Assembly: GCA_977030845.1 (NCBI GenBank)
Contig: OZ365110.1
Span: 20,832,001-20,896,000, forward strand
Source: Fimbriosthenelais zetlandica
Lineage: Eukaryota
DNA: 64,000 nucleotides
Direction: 5' to 3'
The position numbers and the translations under genes were made by a program. Positions 1 to 13,858 of the stretch are shown here, in pieces. The stretch's first letter is position 1. Each line of letters opens with the position of its first letter. The notes under the pieces are model-generated. The model was not told where the DNA came from and made no database searches. It saw only the letters and a list, made by a program, of their open reading frames with translations.

Positions 1-3000
1 GTGAAACTTTCACACATGTTGAGAGGGTGCAGAAGGACAAGTGCAGCTTGACATATGACTGCCAGGTTCACTCTCTGCATTTTTTTTTAGTTTAGAACTT
101 TACTACTGACACACCCAACCCCCTGATCCATTAAAGGAAATATTCTTGCAGTACAAAATCTGCAGTAATCGTGCCCAATCTGCACACTTATAACGAACCA
201 GACCTTTTAACTTATGTTAAACATTCAAACTTTGGAGAGGACTATACACCCACTTGCTTGAGTCGAGAGTCGGTGGCTCATAGCCATGGATCCTTCAGAC
301 CATCAGGTATGTAATAACCCAGTACTATTGCAGACAGGTCATGTCCTCCGTTCCTATTATTAATATTTAGATAATGGGAACAGCATACCTATGATTTCAG
401 TGCAATGTGGATGTGAGTAGATGACAATGTCGCGCCGGCATAGTTCTCCCATGCTACCTCACATATTGCACTTCCCCTTTCTGACGTCTTCCTGCCTTAT
501 GTAATATGCAATGTATTAGTCATTTTCTTTTGTCAGTTGACATGGATTGTCTCGATGGTCGGTCCCTATATCATATTAGGTCGACAAACATGGGAAGTAA
601 AATTGAAATATATATTTTTCAATCTAATATACACTTAATTTGTACGACTTCACGGAACTCAGAATTGCGGTTTCGCTTATTAAGAACTTTCTGTATAGAA
701 TGTGGATAATTGCACATATAGAATGACATGTTCATACCCTTTTCATTAGAGTTTTAGTGTAACCTTACAGGAAGCAAAATGACACAAGTTGGAAATCACT
801 CATCGACAACAGTTACATGTACTTCATTGTTTTTGCCATCCTTTCACACTTCAAACAATGCACTATAATGAATTACCTTATAGGTGCTCTCGAAATAATT
901 GGCAGCTGTCGGTTGGCTCAGGGAGGATGAAAAAAGGTTGTGGAATATTGGTGGTGTTAACATGTTTATAAACCCGGAGATAATGTATTGGTGTGGGTAA
1001 TGAGCAGTCGCTCCCACCTTCACACAGAATAATGATTATGTACAACTCCCAGCCTCGTCTGATGAATGGCAGGCTACAGGGGTGGAATGCTCGACGAACA
1101 ACCCTCAGCTTCTAGTTTTTTTTTCATCCTAATAATGCGGAAACTAGGTGGGTTCTTTTTTTAACAAATAATTATTTTGAAAGGTGAGAAGTCGGCACTC
1201 CAATATGATAAGGATATAAAAACTCAAAGCTGCTAATAGAGGGTTTTGTTTCACATGCATTAATTACACTTTGATGGATATTTCCTCAGTTTGAGAAATT
1301 ATAAATTATCTGGACTTTGCTGTATATGACATTGTGTATGGAAAATGTCATGCAAGTTAGAGTTTTTTTCTGCAGTTCTAAAATAAATATATTCGATACA
1401 TAATGTTACCTCAGTTTCTATGTCCTGTATAATATGCCAATATATATTTTACATGAAAATATTTATCATGTTAGGTAGATGTGTGCTATATATCATTTTT
1501 CATTCTCTGTCCTCCTATCCCTTGTGGGTCAATATAAACCACCGATGATTATGTTTTTATCCATTTTTTCATATTTTGTTTGCCCAAGTGCCAACAACAT
1601 TGCCTTAGGGCCGGAGGAGGGCCCTGTAGTAGTTATATGGGCCGGCTTGGACTGATGGACGACCCAGGGCGTGTTGGCCCTGGCCCCTATTTACCGCCCC
1701 AGATGGCCCTCCCCTATTATGGCTGATTGATATTAGACATGGCGGCCTAAATGTAGATGGTCTGCTGGTTCAACAACCTAATGGTTGTATTCTGCAGAGA
1801 TCAGCCTGTCATTGGTGGCTGCTGTTTTTCCAAGGGATAGGCTGTAACTTTACACTTATCTGTACACATTGGGAACATCATGTTTTGCTGGTCATGTAAG
1901 TTTTTTTTACTTAATTATTTTGATCATTTACTGCTCTCTGAGTGACCAGGTTTGATCCTGAGGTGACGATAGTGTCACGCTAAATTTGTCCAGCAAGGAA
2001 TAGTCATATTAGACGGTTTGAAGTGTACTATGTTTGGATATGTTACTCAGGCAATATGAATTGCCTCTTATATGCGTTGGTAATGTATGAATGTCTAGAT
2101 TGTCGGGCAAAGTCCTAAGTTACGTATTCCCAGACTTGACCATTGATCGATAGCCCAATGCATGATGTTTGGGAACATACAGAACAGAACTGCCTTTAAC
2201 TTAACCCCTGTCTCTTCCTGATTTGAAATGTCATTATCATTTTGATACATCAGGAAATCAGGTTGAAGCCACATTACACAGAAACAAACTTAAAAAGTTC
2301 TTTTTTTCCCCTGATGCAATCTACCAGCACCCCCATCCCATAGATTTATTAGGTACGTGAGGTCAAAGATTGCCTATTGCATGTAGGGTTATATCCTGGC
2401 CTCTGGGCGATAATATGGTGTTTGGAAACAGTTATCATACGGGCCACATCCTCCCTGGGGGACTAGCATTGTGATAACCCATTACACCAGTTGGTGAATA
2501 ATTGCAGCACTTTTTCATACTGTATCATTAGCACGTGTATTCTGATTGGACCTCGGCTTGGCACAGCCACCATCATTTTACGCCCCACCACTCGCCCTCA
2601 AATTGACAACCGGAAGATCAACTTGGCAGGCAAATGACCTATATATGCTAAGTACTTGGGTACATAATTGTTCTATCAAGTTATAAATCCTGTTTTAAGA
2701 TATTTGTAAACTTCCTGATGACACATACTAAGAAGTGCCCTTTCTTAAAGATGTGGGTAGAGTTTTCCAGTTATATTTGAGGCCTTTTTGGAATGGCCCT
2801 TAGCATGCCCACTTACTTAAACAAATCTAGAATATATGGAAAACTATCAATGATTAAATAACTAGATCTATATATTTTGTTGACTCTACCCATTCGCTTC
2901 ATGCATCTTTTGGGCTAATTTTGTGTCCGGAAACTAAAGAGTTATTCGGAAGAGGCGAAGTACTAGTGGTATGGATCATTTCATGCCTTCACAGGCTGCC

Positions 3001-3779
3001 AAGCGGCCATGCAAACACTAAACATATCTCCATGACAACCCATACATGTAACTGTTATAAATATGGGTGATTACTGATGAGAACAAGCAAATTAGTACAG
3101 TATAAGCGACTCTGGCATGGCAACCAATATCCTGCTTCAACTCCTGGCTAATGCTATGGGTATAGTCAGTATGAATATAAGTGTAGATATTGCGTCCGTG
3201 TATGCCCATACCAAGCGTGCTAATCCAATGATCCGGTTGAATAAATGGCAATTGTGATATCAGAGTAATTTGGGGAGGAGGCAATTTATTACTGGCGCTG
3301 TGCCTTATAAGAAATATTATATGGATCCTATGAGATCAGATAAAGTGATAGTGGATTGTGGCTGGGAAGGGAAGGAGGCGGAGGCGCCTTATTTCCTGGC
3401 TCATACCGCAGGTCTGGTATCCATGGCAATCAAGTTTTAACCATACCCATCTCTCATACTTCAATAGGAAGGAGACGTGGGTTGCCTTAAGTAAAAAGTG
3501 ATAATATGAAGTGGCATATAAACTGTAGGCTAATACATATATGTAATTATAATATAATTATACATCTTGGAATATCTAACCCCTCCCTCTCACTCTCTCC
3601 TTTCCTCCCACCCCCTGTTCCTCCCAACCTCCTTGTCCCTCTGTCTCTCTCGATCTCCAGTAAGTTGCCATTATATATAGGTTAATGGAATGAATGAATT
3701 AGGAGGTTTTCCTCTGGACTCCTGATCCTTCTTGCCTTGCTCTCAGAGGAGGACAGATTCACTCCTGACTGCCTACTTC

Positions 3780-3840
3780 ATCTCAGTCACGTGCTCGCAG
3801 TGGGAGTTGCTCACTTCCGCTTCCGGCGGCCACCCAGCCA
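3780..3840. promoter_or_regulatory. CpG-rich promoter-like element (E-box plus tandem ETS-type sites)
   Basis: GTCACGTG at 3786-3793 and ACTTCCGCTTCCGG at 3813-3826 in a local CpG cluster. Motif evidence only; no TSS data. Confidence 0.4.
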
Positions 3841-6199
3841 ACTGGGGTGTGAGGGCGTTGAGTTAAATGAGCATTTGTAACCTATATTTAACTGGGCTAA
3901 GTAGGCTGAGAACGAAAAGTGCTCAGCGAACTGAAGTCGGTCATGTTTCTTCAGTTAGTTATGCTTTGCACTGCAAAAAAATGAGACGTTAGTTTTAAAC
4001 TCATAAAGTGTGTAAATGTTCGCTCAACAATGGCGACCATATCAATTAGTAATCAACCCGTCCCTCCCCTAGGGTACCCTCACTATTTCTGATATTAATA
4101 TCTGGGTCATAATTGTATCCATACTTATTGAAATAGATACTCCGGGGTCAATACTATGTAGACCACCCCGTCTCAAAAAGGTAACGTCGGCAGGCTGTAG
4201 TAGATCTACGTTACACAGGGGGTGTCTAGTCCTAGTAGTAAATATATAGTCCAAAAACTTCACTAGACAGTCTAAAATATTTGCCCTGATAGCGTTTATG
4301 AGGGGGACTAAGCCGTGGCCAGATGTACCCACTCATAGCATGGGCATGTTTTCAATAAGAGCCCTGAGGAAAACTTAACCCTAGGAGCTACTCCTACTGA
4401 GCAACTCCTTCGCCATCTGGCTCTGTGTTATGATGAGGAGGGAGTTCATGCTGACGATGATAAACTCATCCACTCACTTCTTACACACAAGCTTTGGATC
4501 CACTCACACACACTCCCCCACCCAGCTACAGCACACCCCCACACACTCCTTAATCCAAGCCTAATCCCTTGGACTCTACTGATGCCTATCAGTGCACTGG
4601 ATTAAATCCTAACCTCTATGGATTGATAAGATCATTGATCATACTCTCCATTCTCTTTCTCTCTCTCTCCCTGCATACTGGCTTCAATGGAGACTTCCCA
4701 AGGACATAACCAAGCCAAGGATTCAATTACTGTGGTTTCTCATTGCCAGCGAAATTGATACCCTTGTTTCAGGCAAATGTCTTTTTGCCAGTAATTTTCG
4801 ATTTCCAGCAGTTGAGTTGGTGCGTGTGTGCATGAGGGTTTTTTGGACTCGCGTCCATATCTGGTCTCTACTGGTAGCTTTGGGGGGAGTTTTTAGGGGA
4901 GGAGAGGTCTGTTCTGGAAGAGAAAGAAGCACTATCTCTCCTTCAACACAATGATGTCCATCTCTATCATATCTAGATCTGAGAGAAACCTGGGTCTTAT
5001 GTATATATTATATTCTACTCCCATGGATTACCAAGTAACAGGTTCGCCGCAGGAGTGGTGTAGACTTTCGTCGGGACTGTTTCTTTCCTAGGTTTAAACA
5101 AACCCATGTTCTGTTTCTGTTATGTCTTTGCCTCCAGCTCTACACATGTACAGAAACTGTAAATATAGTCGGCAAGGATGGCCTAACTCTGCCTTACGTT
5201 AATACACTCACTCAGTATGTGGATTTCCTGAGGATAACCTACAAGTTTCGGAGTAAATGGGCAGAATTTTTGGTAAGTTAATCATCAAGGTAATACATAA
5301 CTTTGTGGATTTGTTTTCTCAAGGTTGAGTTAAAACTGCAGTTCATCCCATTTTGATTCGTGAATTTCTCATGCAATTAGCACTGATACATTTACTACAT
5401 GAGATTTAGATACATTCTTTTGGAAAATAGCTGACTGGCATCGCAAGCTGAAGCTTATCAGTAGGAGTTTTTACGTTAAGTGGTGAGTTTATCACATTTG
5501 AAGTTGGCCTTTCTAAAACCGTGCAGTTTAAGGCAGTTGGAGAATGAGTCATCTAATTCACTTCTCTGGATCCAAACATAAGACCAGAGTATGTGAAGCC
5601 GGCCAAGTGTTAAGATAGGCAATGAGCATGGAGAGAGAAAAGCATTTATCAACTTATACCGGCTTTCCAGATGTCCCTTCTACAAGGAACCGGCTTGTTC
5701 TCACCCAAACACCAGCCATTTGGCTGTTCACGAATAATGCATACATACAAATCATTAATAAAAACAATTCAAAAAGTAAAATATCCCAGGTATTAAGATG
5801 AAGGGAATTATTATGTTATGATAAGAATTCCTTGTAGGCATATCTGTGAGGAAAATTGGTGGTGGGAGGCTGCAGGTTTGCCATGCCGGACTAATGAAGC
5901 CCATCTGGTCCAACTTGGAGGAAAGGTGACCTACTTAAGGATTGCTGGATCTGGAAGCCTTGTGGCTTCAAAGGGGCCAAGTGAAATCTGGTGGCATAGC
6001 TTTAGGTACTACTTAACCCATATGAAGGATTCCACACAGAAATATACCCCCATGACTGTTAGGGCCTAATTGTTAACTCTTTTCTTGTCACTGTAATTTG
6101 AAAAAATGAGATGATATTCCCATATAAATTGGGCCCAGAGAATTATAAAATAGTGCAATTCTAATTTCATCTCATATTTCTGGATTTATTTGTATAGTA

Positions 6200-6221
6200 C
6201 CCCCCCCCCCCCCACCCCACC
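6200..6221. repeat. Poly-C tract (C14 plus short C runs)
   Basis: Direct reading. A second C14 tract lies at 32301-32314. Confidence 0.8.
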
Positions 6222-6879
6222 TCGGCCCACCTCTTCCTATAGAAGTAAGGTCACAGCAGGGAGGTCCAGAATGCCAGATGGTCAGGCTCTTCGTGGGGGA
6301 TCCTTTTGACCACTCGCGGAGAAAGAAATATGATGAATTGCTTTGCTTTGAATGGAAGCTATATATACTTTAAGTTTGCCTTTCATCTTCCATGAAATAG
6401 GTTTTAAACTTTTTCTCCTTCGTAATAGATTTTCTCCTGGTTAAGTTAAGTTAAAGAGTATTAGAAGATTCTGAATTTCACCATGTCTCTAGGATACTGT
6501 AGGGGTATTGGCTTATTCCCTATTAGTTAGATTCATTCTTCCTCTGGGCATTTTAGGACTATCTTCTGGCTTCTTTTCCCGTCTGTAGTTGATATATTAA
6601 TCCCAGCTCATGGTATGATTTTTGTATAGGCCTCTGGCGATTCACAAACTAAGCGTTAGCCAGAAACAAGGAGAAGCCAAGTCCATGAAAATTACCAGAC
6701 TCCTGACTCTGGGGAAGCCCTCATCTGAAAAGATAATCCCACTCCTTGATTTATTAAACTTCTCTCACATAAAGTATACTCGAGGCTCTGTGAGGAGAAG
6801 TGTGGGAGGAGGAGGAGGAACGAGGAAGGGCAAGAGAAAGAGAAAAAGAAGAGTAAACCCTTCCTCCTAGCTTTACTAA

Positions 6880-7310
6880 ACGCCGGTCTCCGGGCTGCTG
6901 CATGGTTGCCATGGAGACGAGACGCTGAGTCTGACACTAGATGGCATTGCTGTTCTGTGGAAGATGTACCTCGCCCTCGCCTCCATCTCTCATGATTCAT
7001 AGTCAGTCGGTGTCGCCTGCCCCGCCAGAAACACGTCCAACATTGCACTTTTGACTCCCAGTTTCGCCCGACGACTATCACTCTCTCCCAGTTCCTTCAT
7101 AATTGAAACGAGAAGTGTTAGGGCAGGGTGCTAAGAGGTGATGGGGGTGAGTGAGGCTCGAGAGGGAAAAAATGTCCCAGGAGACACGGCCGGGAAAGTT
7201 TAAACGCCACGCAATAGGAACGCTCAGAATCCTTCCGCCGGAAGTGGTCAGAGCACCACTTCCATACTACTGCTGCACCTGCCTGTTGCTTGGCTAAATG
7301 GGCGGAGGGA
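6880..7310. promoter_or_regulatory. CpG-rich promoter-like island (X-box, ETS sites, GC box)
   Basis: GTTGCCATGGAGAC at 6905-6918, CTTCCGCCGGAAGTG at 7232-7246, CCACTTCC at 7256-7263 and GGGCGGAG at 7300-7307, with many CpGs. Motif evidence only. Confidence 0.45.
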
Positions 7311-9734
7311 GAAAGAAATCACTTCCCTAATTAGGCTGCCATTAACTTTTAATTAATAATCCCGGGAGTGAGGCTGTGTTGCATGCAGGGAGGGTCATGT
7401 TTTAGACCAACCATTCCAGTCCCATTCCGATGTCCCCATAAATATGCTGCAATTTAGCTACCCGGCCCTTTTTTAACTGGGCTTCGGTATTGGAGTTTAA
7501 TATGCTAGTTCAGCTTAGATTGCTGCAGGACGGGGGATCAATCTCACTGAGAACTGCTAGGGAGTTAAAAAAAAAGTCGAAATGAACTGGGGGATGGGTC
7601 GGGGTAGATGGAGGAGAAAATCAGATAGAAAACAGATCACCGATCCCAGAAAGGATCTCCAACAAACCATTGGCATATATACATCGAGAATTACTCTGGG
7701 TTCTCTCTATTATAAAAACAACCTAGTTTATTATCACTGGCTCTAATAAATGGTCCTCGTGTGCCTTGTTTAATGCTGGAATCCCGCTGTGGTTAAGGGG
7801 ACTTTGGATCATTCCCTTCTTCCCACTGTTTGCTCGCCTGTATTGCGTACTGTGTATATGATCTCTATGGGACAATAGATGACACGGATTATTGATCCAA
7901 GGTGTTGTGGTACAGTCCAGCTGGGATCCACTGTATTCACCTCCCTCCCCACTTCATTCTTACCCCCACATCCACTCTCTCTAGAGCTGTGATTGATCTC
8001 TCTGTCTCCATGCCACATGTGTATACCTCCATAGACTTTGTCACACGTCAGGCATAAACCCATAAGTTACGGCATAACCCTTACAATCATGTTTTCTCAA
8101 TTGGGATTTGTAATACACCTTCATTTCTAGATCGAGGAGAGGAACAGTGGATATGGAATGATGCCTCTTTAATAGTGGTTTTGATTTGACTTGTCGGGCT
8201 TAAAATTGATTGATCTGGGAGATGAATGGGATTAAATAAGGCAACGTTGACTGATCTGTCATTTAAACGGGCTACCTCCTTCCACTTATTACCCCGTTTT
8301 CCACGCTATTAAAATTATTAAGGCGTATATGAAATCAACTTTTATGTGTTTTAAATTATCCCTTATTGTTCAGATGCTATGTATTTTCGTCACATTGTTA
8401 GTAGAGTTGTTTCCTTTCATCCTGCTTCCACAAGAAACAAAATTATGGCTTTCATACATCCCTCAGGTTTCAAAGGGTAACGGGAAAGAAGGAGGTGACT
8501 AAATAAATGAAGATTAAACTTTGACAAATTAATGCAGTAATGGATGGATGGTGGTTGATGCTAATTTTGTTTAGATTAGTATCTGAAGCTCGTCTGTCTT
8601 TGAAAATGTCATTCCTCAATTTAAAGTCTCTTGCTGAATCAAATTTGATCTCATCATTGAATGAATATTTTCAAGTTCAACGCTCTAGCTTTCTCTATTT
8701 AGTGCAGTATATTTCTAATAGGAATAGGTACCTATATTGCATTCTTTCCTCTTGTGTCCGGCTGCCTCGTTTGCTATACTTGTGCTTTTAAGTTAAGGAA
8801 TTAATGGATAATACCAAAAGTTTTAAATTTTATCAAAACTCTGGGATTTAGACTTGTTCTTCACAATGTCATATTAAAGATATTAAAGCTTATCTGTATG
8901 CTTATTAACGGGTTATTCTGGTGAGAGTACACGCCGAAGAACAGTACTGACGGACCAATTTTTTTCTCAGTTTTTATTTTTTTGTTACATATATTGTATG
9001 TATTTATGCCCGACTAGGCAGCCATCTATGCATATCATCATCCTTGCTGTTTTCAATGTTGGCCCACAGAGTCTGGATAATGCAATGATGCTTCTGGCCA
9101 GATAATTGATAGTTAATGTAGCAGTTACTTCCATATCCATTAGTATTACAGGCTTCGCCGTAATGGCCGCTATTGTATTATACATGTATCATCTAAATGC
9201 AGCAGCCAGCAATGGACTGGGAATCCTGATATCCAAGATGGGCTTTCATACTTAGGCAGGCGCCCGTTAAGTAAATGGCATTTTTTCCCTATCCTCCTCT
9301 GACAGTATTTTATATGCAAGATAAAAAATAATGAGGTTGGGTGTTAGGGTGATTAGATATCTTACAAGATTGAGCGTTAATGAGTTGGAGAATTAAAGTC
9401 TTGAAGATATAGAGGGAGTGGTAGAGAGAGCCATATAGGGCTTCCCTGAGGCATTCAGACCCGGGGTAGTTTAGTGCTTGTACATGCCGGGAGGTGTCCC
9501 TGCTGGTCCGTGGGACTGTGGTAGAAATCAAGCACTGTTGCCGGTCACATATAGCTCAGGGTATGTGAAAAAATGTGGAGAATTGTGCAGGATTTTGGTC
9601 GGGATTATAAAAATATATTTTATGTCGGTATAATATATCGATATGGGTGTAATGGCCTACATAAGTCTGTGTGGGAGTGAATATGTGTATGAATAATATC
9701 ATGTGTTTCTATAGGGTGTTTTTATGAGTGGCTC

Positions 9735-9900
9735 AGGGTTAACTAACTAATGCATGGTACAGGTACCTGCATGGAAAGCAGGCTTTGGCCCTTGGGAAGG
9801 AACCCTCATATCAACCATGCAACAGATATGCTCTGTCCTCAGGGCTTATCCCCCCTAGTTTCAAGGCTCCAAAATAGGTCCAATCATGTGAGATATCACT
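9735..9900 (+). mobile_element. Possible decayed DIRS1-type RNase H fragment
   Basis: ESRLWPLGRNPHIN-(17 aa)-LQNRSNHVR matches the pattern and spacing I recall for DIRS1 RNase H (W...ERNKHIN-17 aa-LKNRKILIR). Catalytic motifs are degraded. Confidence 0.3.
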
Positions 9901-12900
9901 CACCGGACTATGATTATTCCCCTTTCAGGATTTAAAACCTCAACCTTGTGGTGTGAAAGGGGTGTAAGATAGGAGGGAGAGAAATGGATGGATGTGACAG
10001 TGAGTGTTGGGATAGGGACAAATGGTATGTCTTTCTATTTGTTGGATTCTCTCTCCAGTTCTACAGCCATGCCTGCAAGGAACCACGGCGACTTCTGATA
10101 AATACAAATATTGCATTATCCGGGGTTAAGAGGAAAGCCGTGTCGCCAGCGTGAAGGCCTCAGCTAAGATATTGGTCTGTGTTTAACAAAGCTATGGCAA
10201 CTTAGTTAACCTGGGGCTATGGTAGAAGTTTTAATGATGGGTGGGTGAGTGATGGATGAATGGATGGATGGGTTGGGGGTGGAATGCATGGAAAGGTTTA
10301 AAATGGATGGTTTTAGGTGGGTGTGTGGATGAATAAACGCCCGTTTATAACTATATGTTGCCTCGAGGCATTGATGGAATACATGTATTTTGTGTGATAA
10401 TATTTATCAGAACGATTTATAAATTTACATTTATAGAGTTGTGGATATATCATAGAATATGTGTGTTTTTTTTACCATGGCCAAAGTAACTGTATCCACC
10501 GACCTGTATTGTACACGTCCGCCCAGTAGACCTATAACTTAATTTCTATGTCCCATTGTATATATCAGACACCTGGTTCGAATCGTACATCTAAATTTTC
10601 ATCTCTGGTTTAGTAATTCAACATACAAATCCTAGATATAATTACTTGCAAATTGAAACCTATGTTGCGGTTTTCAGATTGAAACCGGCATACGCTGCTA
10701 AAGCTGCAGTATGTGGATGTAATGGGTAAAGGTCGCGGATGAGTGCCAATCTTGGAGAGCTTTTATAATAGATAATATTCTTAGTAGTATATGGAAATGA
10801 AGCCATGTGTAATATGGCCATTGCTATATCTTTGGTCGTCTAATATAAACCATAATTATGTTTTCTATACGTTGGAAAACATAACCTATGGGTTTAGGAA
10901 ATGATGTTTTGATAATTATGGATACACTGTAATATGGCGTGTTCTTTAGGAAGCCATTCATGTGGCGAGACACATGACATTGTATATCTTGTATTACGTG
11001 TAGTAGTAGTTGTACATGTCGGCCTTATGTCTTTAGGTCATGCTCTCGTGCACTTACACTTCTAAGGCTTGAAACATTTCAACTACTATGTACTGACGTT
11101 AAAGCGCTTATTCGTTTGATAAAACATTCATGACCCCTTTCTTTCATTACCTTGCCATTCTTCTCCTAATGCCTGGTGACCTTTGTTGAAATATCATGTG
11201 ACGGAAAAAACTAGTTCCTTTATCGTACTAAATGTTCTTGTCTGTAGCAATGTTATTATACTCATTGCTTGGATGAAATAATCTCTCAAAATATGGCATA
11301 TTTTGGGAAGGCGTCAAATTAGCATATAGCATATAACCTGTTCATTAAAAGGAGCAATTTCAAATAACTATCGCCGGTAGAATGTATACAGAGATTGGTT
11401 ACGGAATAAATCCGTTGCTTTTGGTCTGATAGACTGTTCTGAAATACATTTTCCGGGTTCGAAATCAAGGAAGATTACACAAAAGAAGATTGTTTTCTTT
11501 CTTTCCTGACGTTGAGCACCTCTTTAATATTGTATGCAAATACAATTTCAAATCCAGGGAGATGACATTAAAAAAAAGATAACAGTGGCAGTAATAAAAT
11601 CAGATGAAGCCACCACCCCCGTTTGCCATGAGCAAACGGAGTGTGCTTCGCGCCTTTGAAGCCATCTACCTTCTCATCCTTTCACAAGAATACTCAACAA
11701 AGCTATAAAGAAACATCCGTTGTCTTTTAGGAGGGAGAACGTGCCTATACATATTATATTGAAGTTCTACCTTATCATAATACATTATATTATAAAGTAT
11801 TGTAACATTTTGGTCACTGGTTTAATGTGCATTGCTTTTTAAAAGACATTTAGTCTTCATATGCCTTCGGTTTGTTTTATGTATGAACTGAACCCATTTT
11901 AAATGCTAAAGTTGATCTGTTACGACTCCAGGAATTGCAGGATTTAAATATTGACCGAAAAACAATGTAGTTGTTCAGTATGTTAGTTTGTATAAAATAA
12001 TTTAATGTAAAGGCAACAACCGAGGCCGTTTTGATTAAAGTAAAAGTCCCAGAATATTGTAATGGAAGAAGACAAAGGTCTTGGATAGAAAGTAGATCCT
12101 AGAGACGTGTTCAATGTTCAGAAATACGTATGCTTATTCAAGTGCATTATTTTTCAGTTACAAAATGTTTTCACTATTCTTGTTTTACGTAATGTTATCA
12201 TCTGAGACAAGATATATGGCTTTGTTTGAAATGAATATCTATGAATTTGCAGTATTTTTTGCAGCTGTTCAGTGATGAAACAGATTTGTCTCTGTCTCGC
12301 GACCTGCCATTGAACCTTGTTGTTGATTTTAAATGTCACCGTTCCTCTTTTTACAGACTGGCAGAGGAGGAGGATCTGAACTGCATTCTGAGAGGGCCCC
12401 GGGGGAATAAGGTAAAAGCAATTTTCTTATCAATATTCCTTGTAGGCAGGGTCTATGCCTTGTTCTCTTGAACATGCAGGTGGATGTTCAAACCATAGTC
12501 GCCCGGCTTATCCTCTCCAAGGACATCTGATGCTGCAACTATACGAGTTGACACCCTTGCTTGAAAGCGATGGAAAGCTCTAACGCAAATATTAGTTTTC
12601 AGATCTTTTAGTGTAAGGATAACGCTGAGGCTGTTAAACTCAGAAATGATGAAGATGTTCATGTATATTTTAACAAAAGGATGTAACAGTTCTTTTAAGA
12701 TGTTAAGGCCTATTTCAACAGGATCTCCCGCGAAAATGTGTTAGATACCGCCATGTTACATACCCGGTAATAGAGTCTAACAGAGTTGTTTCCATTATAA
12801 TAACTCGAACCTAACTATCACAGAATTCTTGTAATGTCACAAGGCATCACATTGCTGGAAAGTACTTGGTTCAAGTTCGTGTAGCGCAAGGACAAGAGAC

Positions 12901-13858
12901 GGGGACAATGATGGCAATTGTCTGACAGATGTTGGTGTTTCATCCAAGATCTTAATAGTAATAGATTTCTTCTTCGATTCAAGTCCCCCTTTCACATCAA
13001 AAGTCTCAGCAGGCCCAGGGAAAAAGGGAAGGATTGTCTTTTAAGAATAATGGGATTTGGGTTGAAGCCGAGAGGGGCTTCAAATGTAGCTGAAGTTGTG
13101 ATGTTCTCAAGTTGTCATTCCTACATTTTACATATGTGCACATTTGATTGTCATATAATCTCATAATGACATGCTGTGACAAATTAGTCACCTAGGTCAA
13201 TATTATGTCAGGCATGAAAACTTGCTCAATTTTCTTGAGTTCTAATCCAATTATGATAATATGCATATTAATTGGATTGCATGACAAAGGAAAGCGAGCA
13301 GTTCTTAGCATTTAATCCAACGATCTTTGATACCAGAAAATGTTTTATTACTGAGTAGTCGAGTTGGCCTTCCATGATAAAGCGAACTATATTCACCCTG
13401 TTGCATTCTACAGAATGATAATTTTTGATTACAGATTAAACGAATTAGCCCATTGATTGATTAATTAATTTGGTGAAGATACATTGGTCTTATCTACATA
13501 TTATTCATGCACACCTACACAGTCACCCTCCTTTATGAAGCACACTTGAACGATGTACTTATCCTTGGGATTATTTGAAGTCCCGAGAGGAGTGAAATTA
13601 AAAGCCATCCTCGTCACTGCTAAGCCCAAACAACTGCCTTTTGCAAAGACTGCAATTGGCCTTATCCCACTGGCGTTCTGGGTAATGCCAGGCAATGGCG
13701 GTGACAGAAAGTTCTTGGGGGACTTGATGCGTGCACACTCTTAATGAGGATGTCCCTGTAGGCTGGAGGCTAAATCTTCACCAACATGGCATCTTCTTAT
13801 GGTCTCTGGCAAGGTCAGCTTGATGTAGGGTTAGAGGACGCTCTGGTCTAGGACCAGC

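Noticed and set aside
399-472. let-7 or miR-92 precursor
   Set aside because: Only the 8-10 seed-proximal nt match; the rest of each mature sequence and its position in the hairpin do not fit.
4030-4092. ATGGCGACCATATCAATT (MATISI) resembling the talin start MATLSL
   Set aside because: Similarity ends after six codons, the frame stops at 20 aa, and no F0 sequence follows. Treated as chance; the ATGGCG is also a YY1-like word.
10575-11466. tRNA/SINE B-box-like GGTTCGAATC (10575) and GGGTTCGAAATC (11455)
   Set aside because: No properly spaced A-box and no cloverleaf. The A-box-like GATAGCTCAGT at 51641 likewise has no B-box.
12453-12662. Minus ORF containing KPGDYGL, like talin NPSDYGL
   Set aside because: The rest does not align to F0, it is on the opposite strand, and there is no splice logic.
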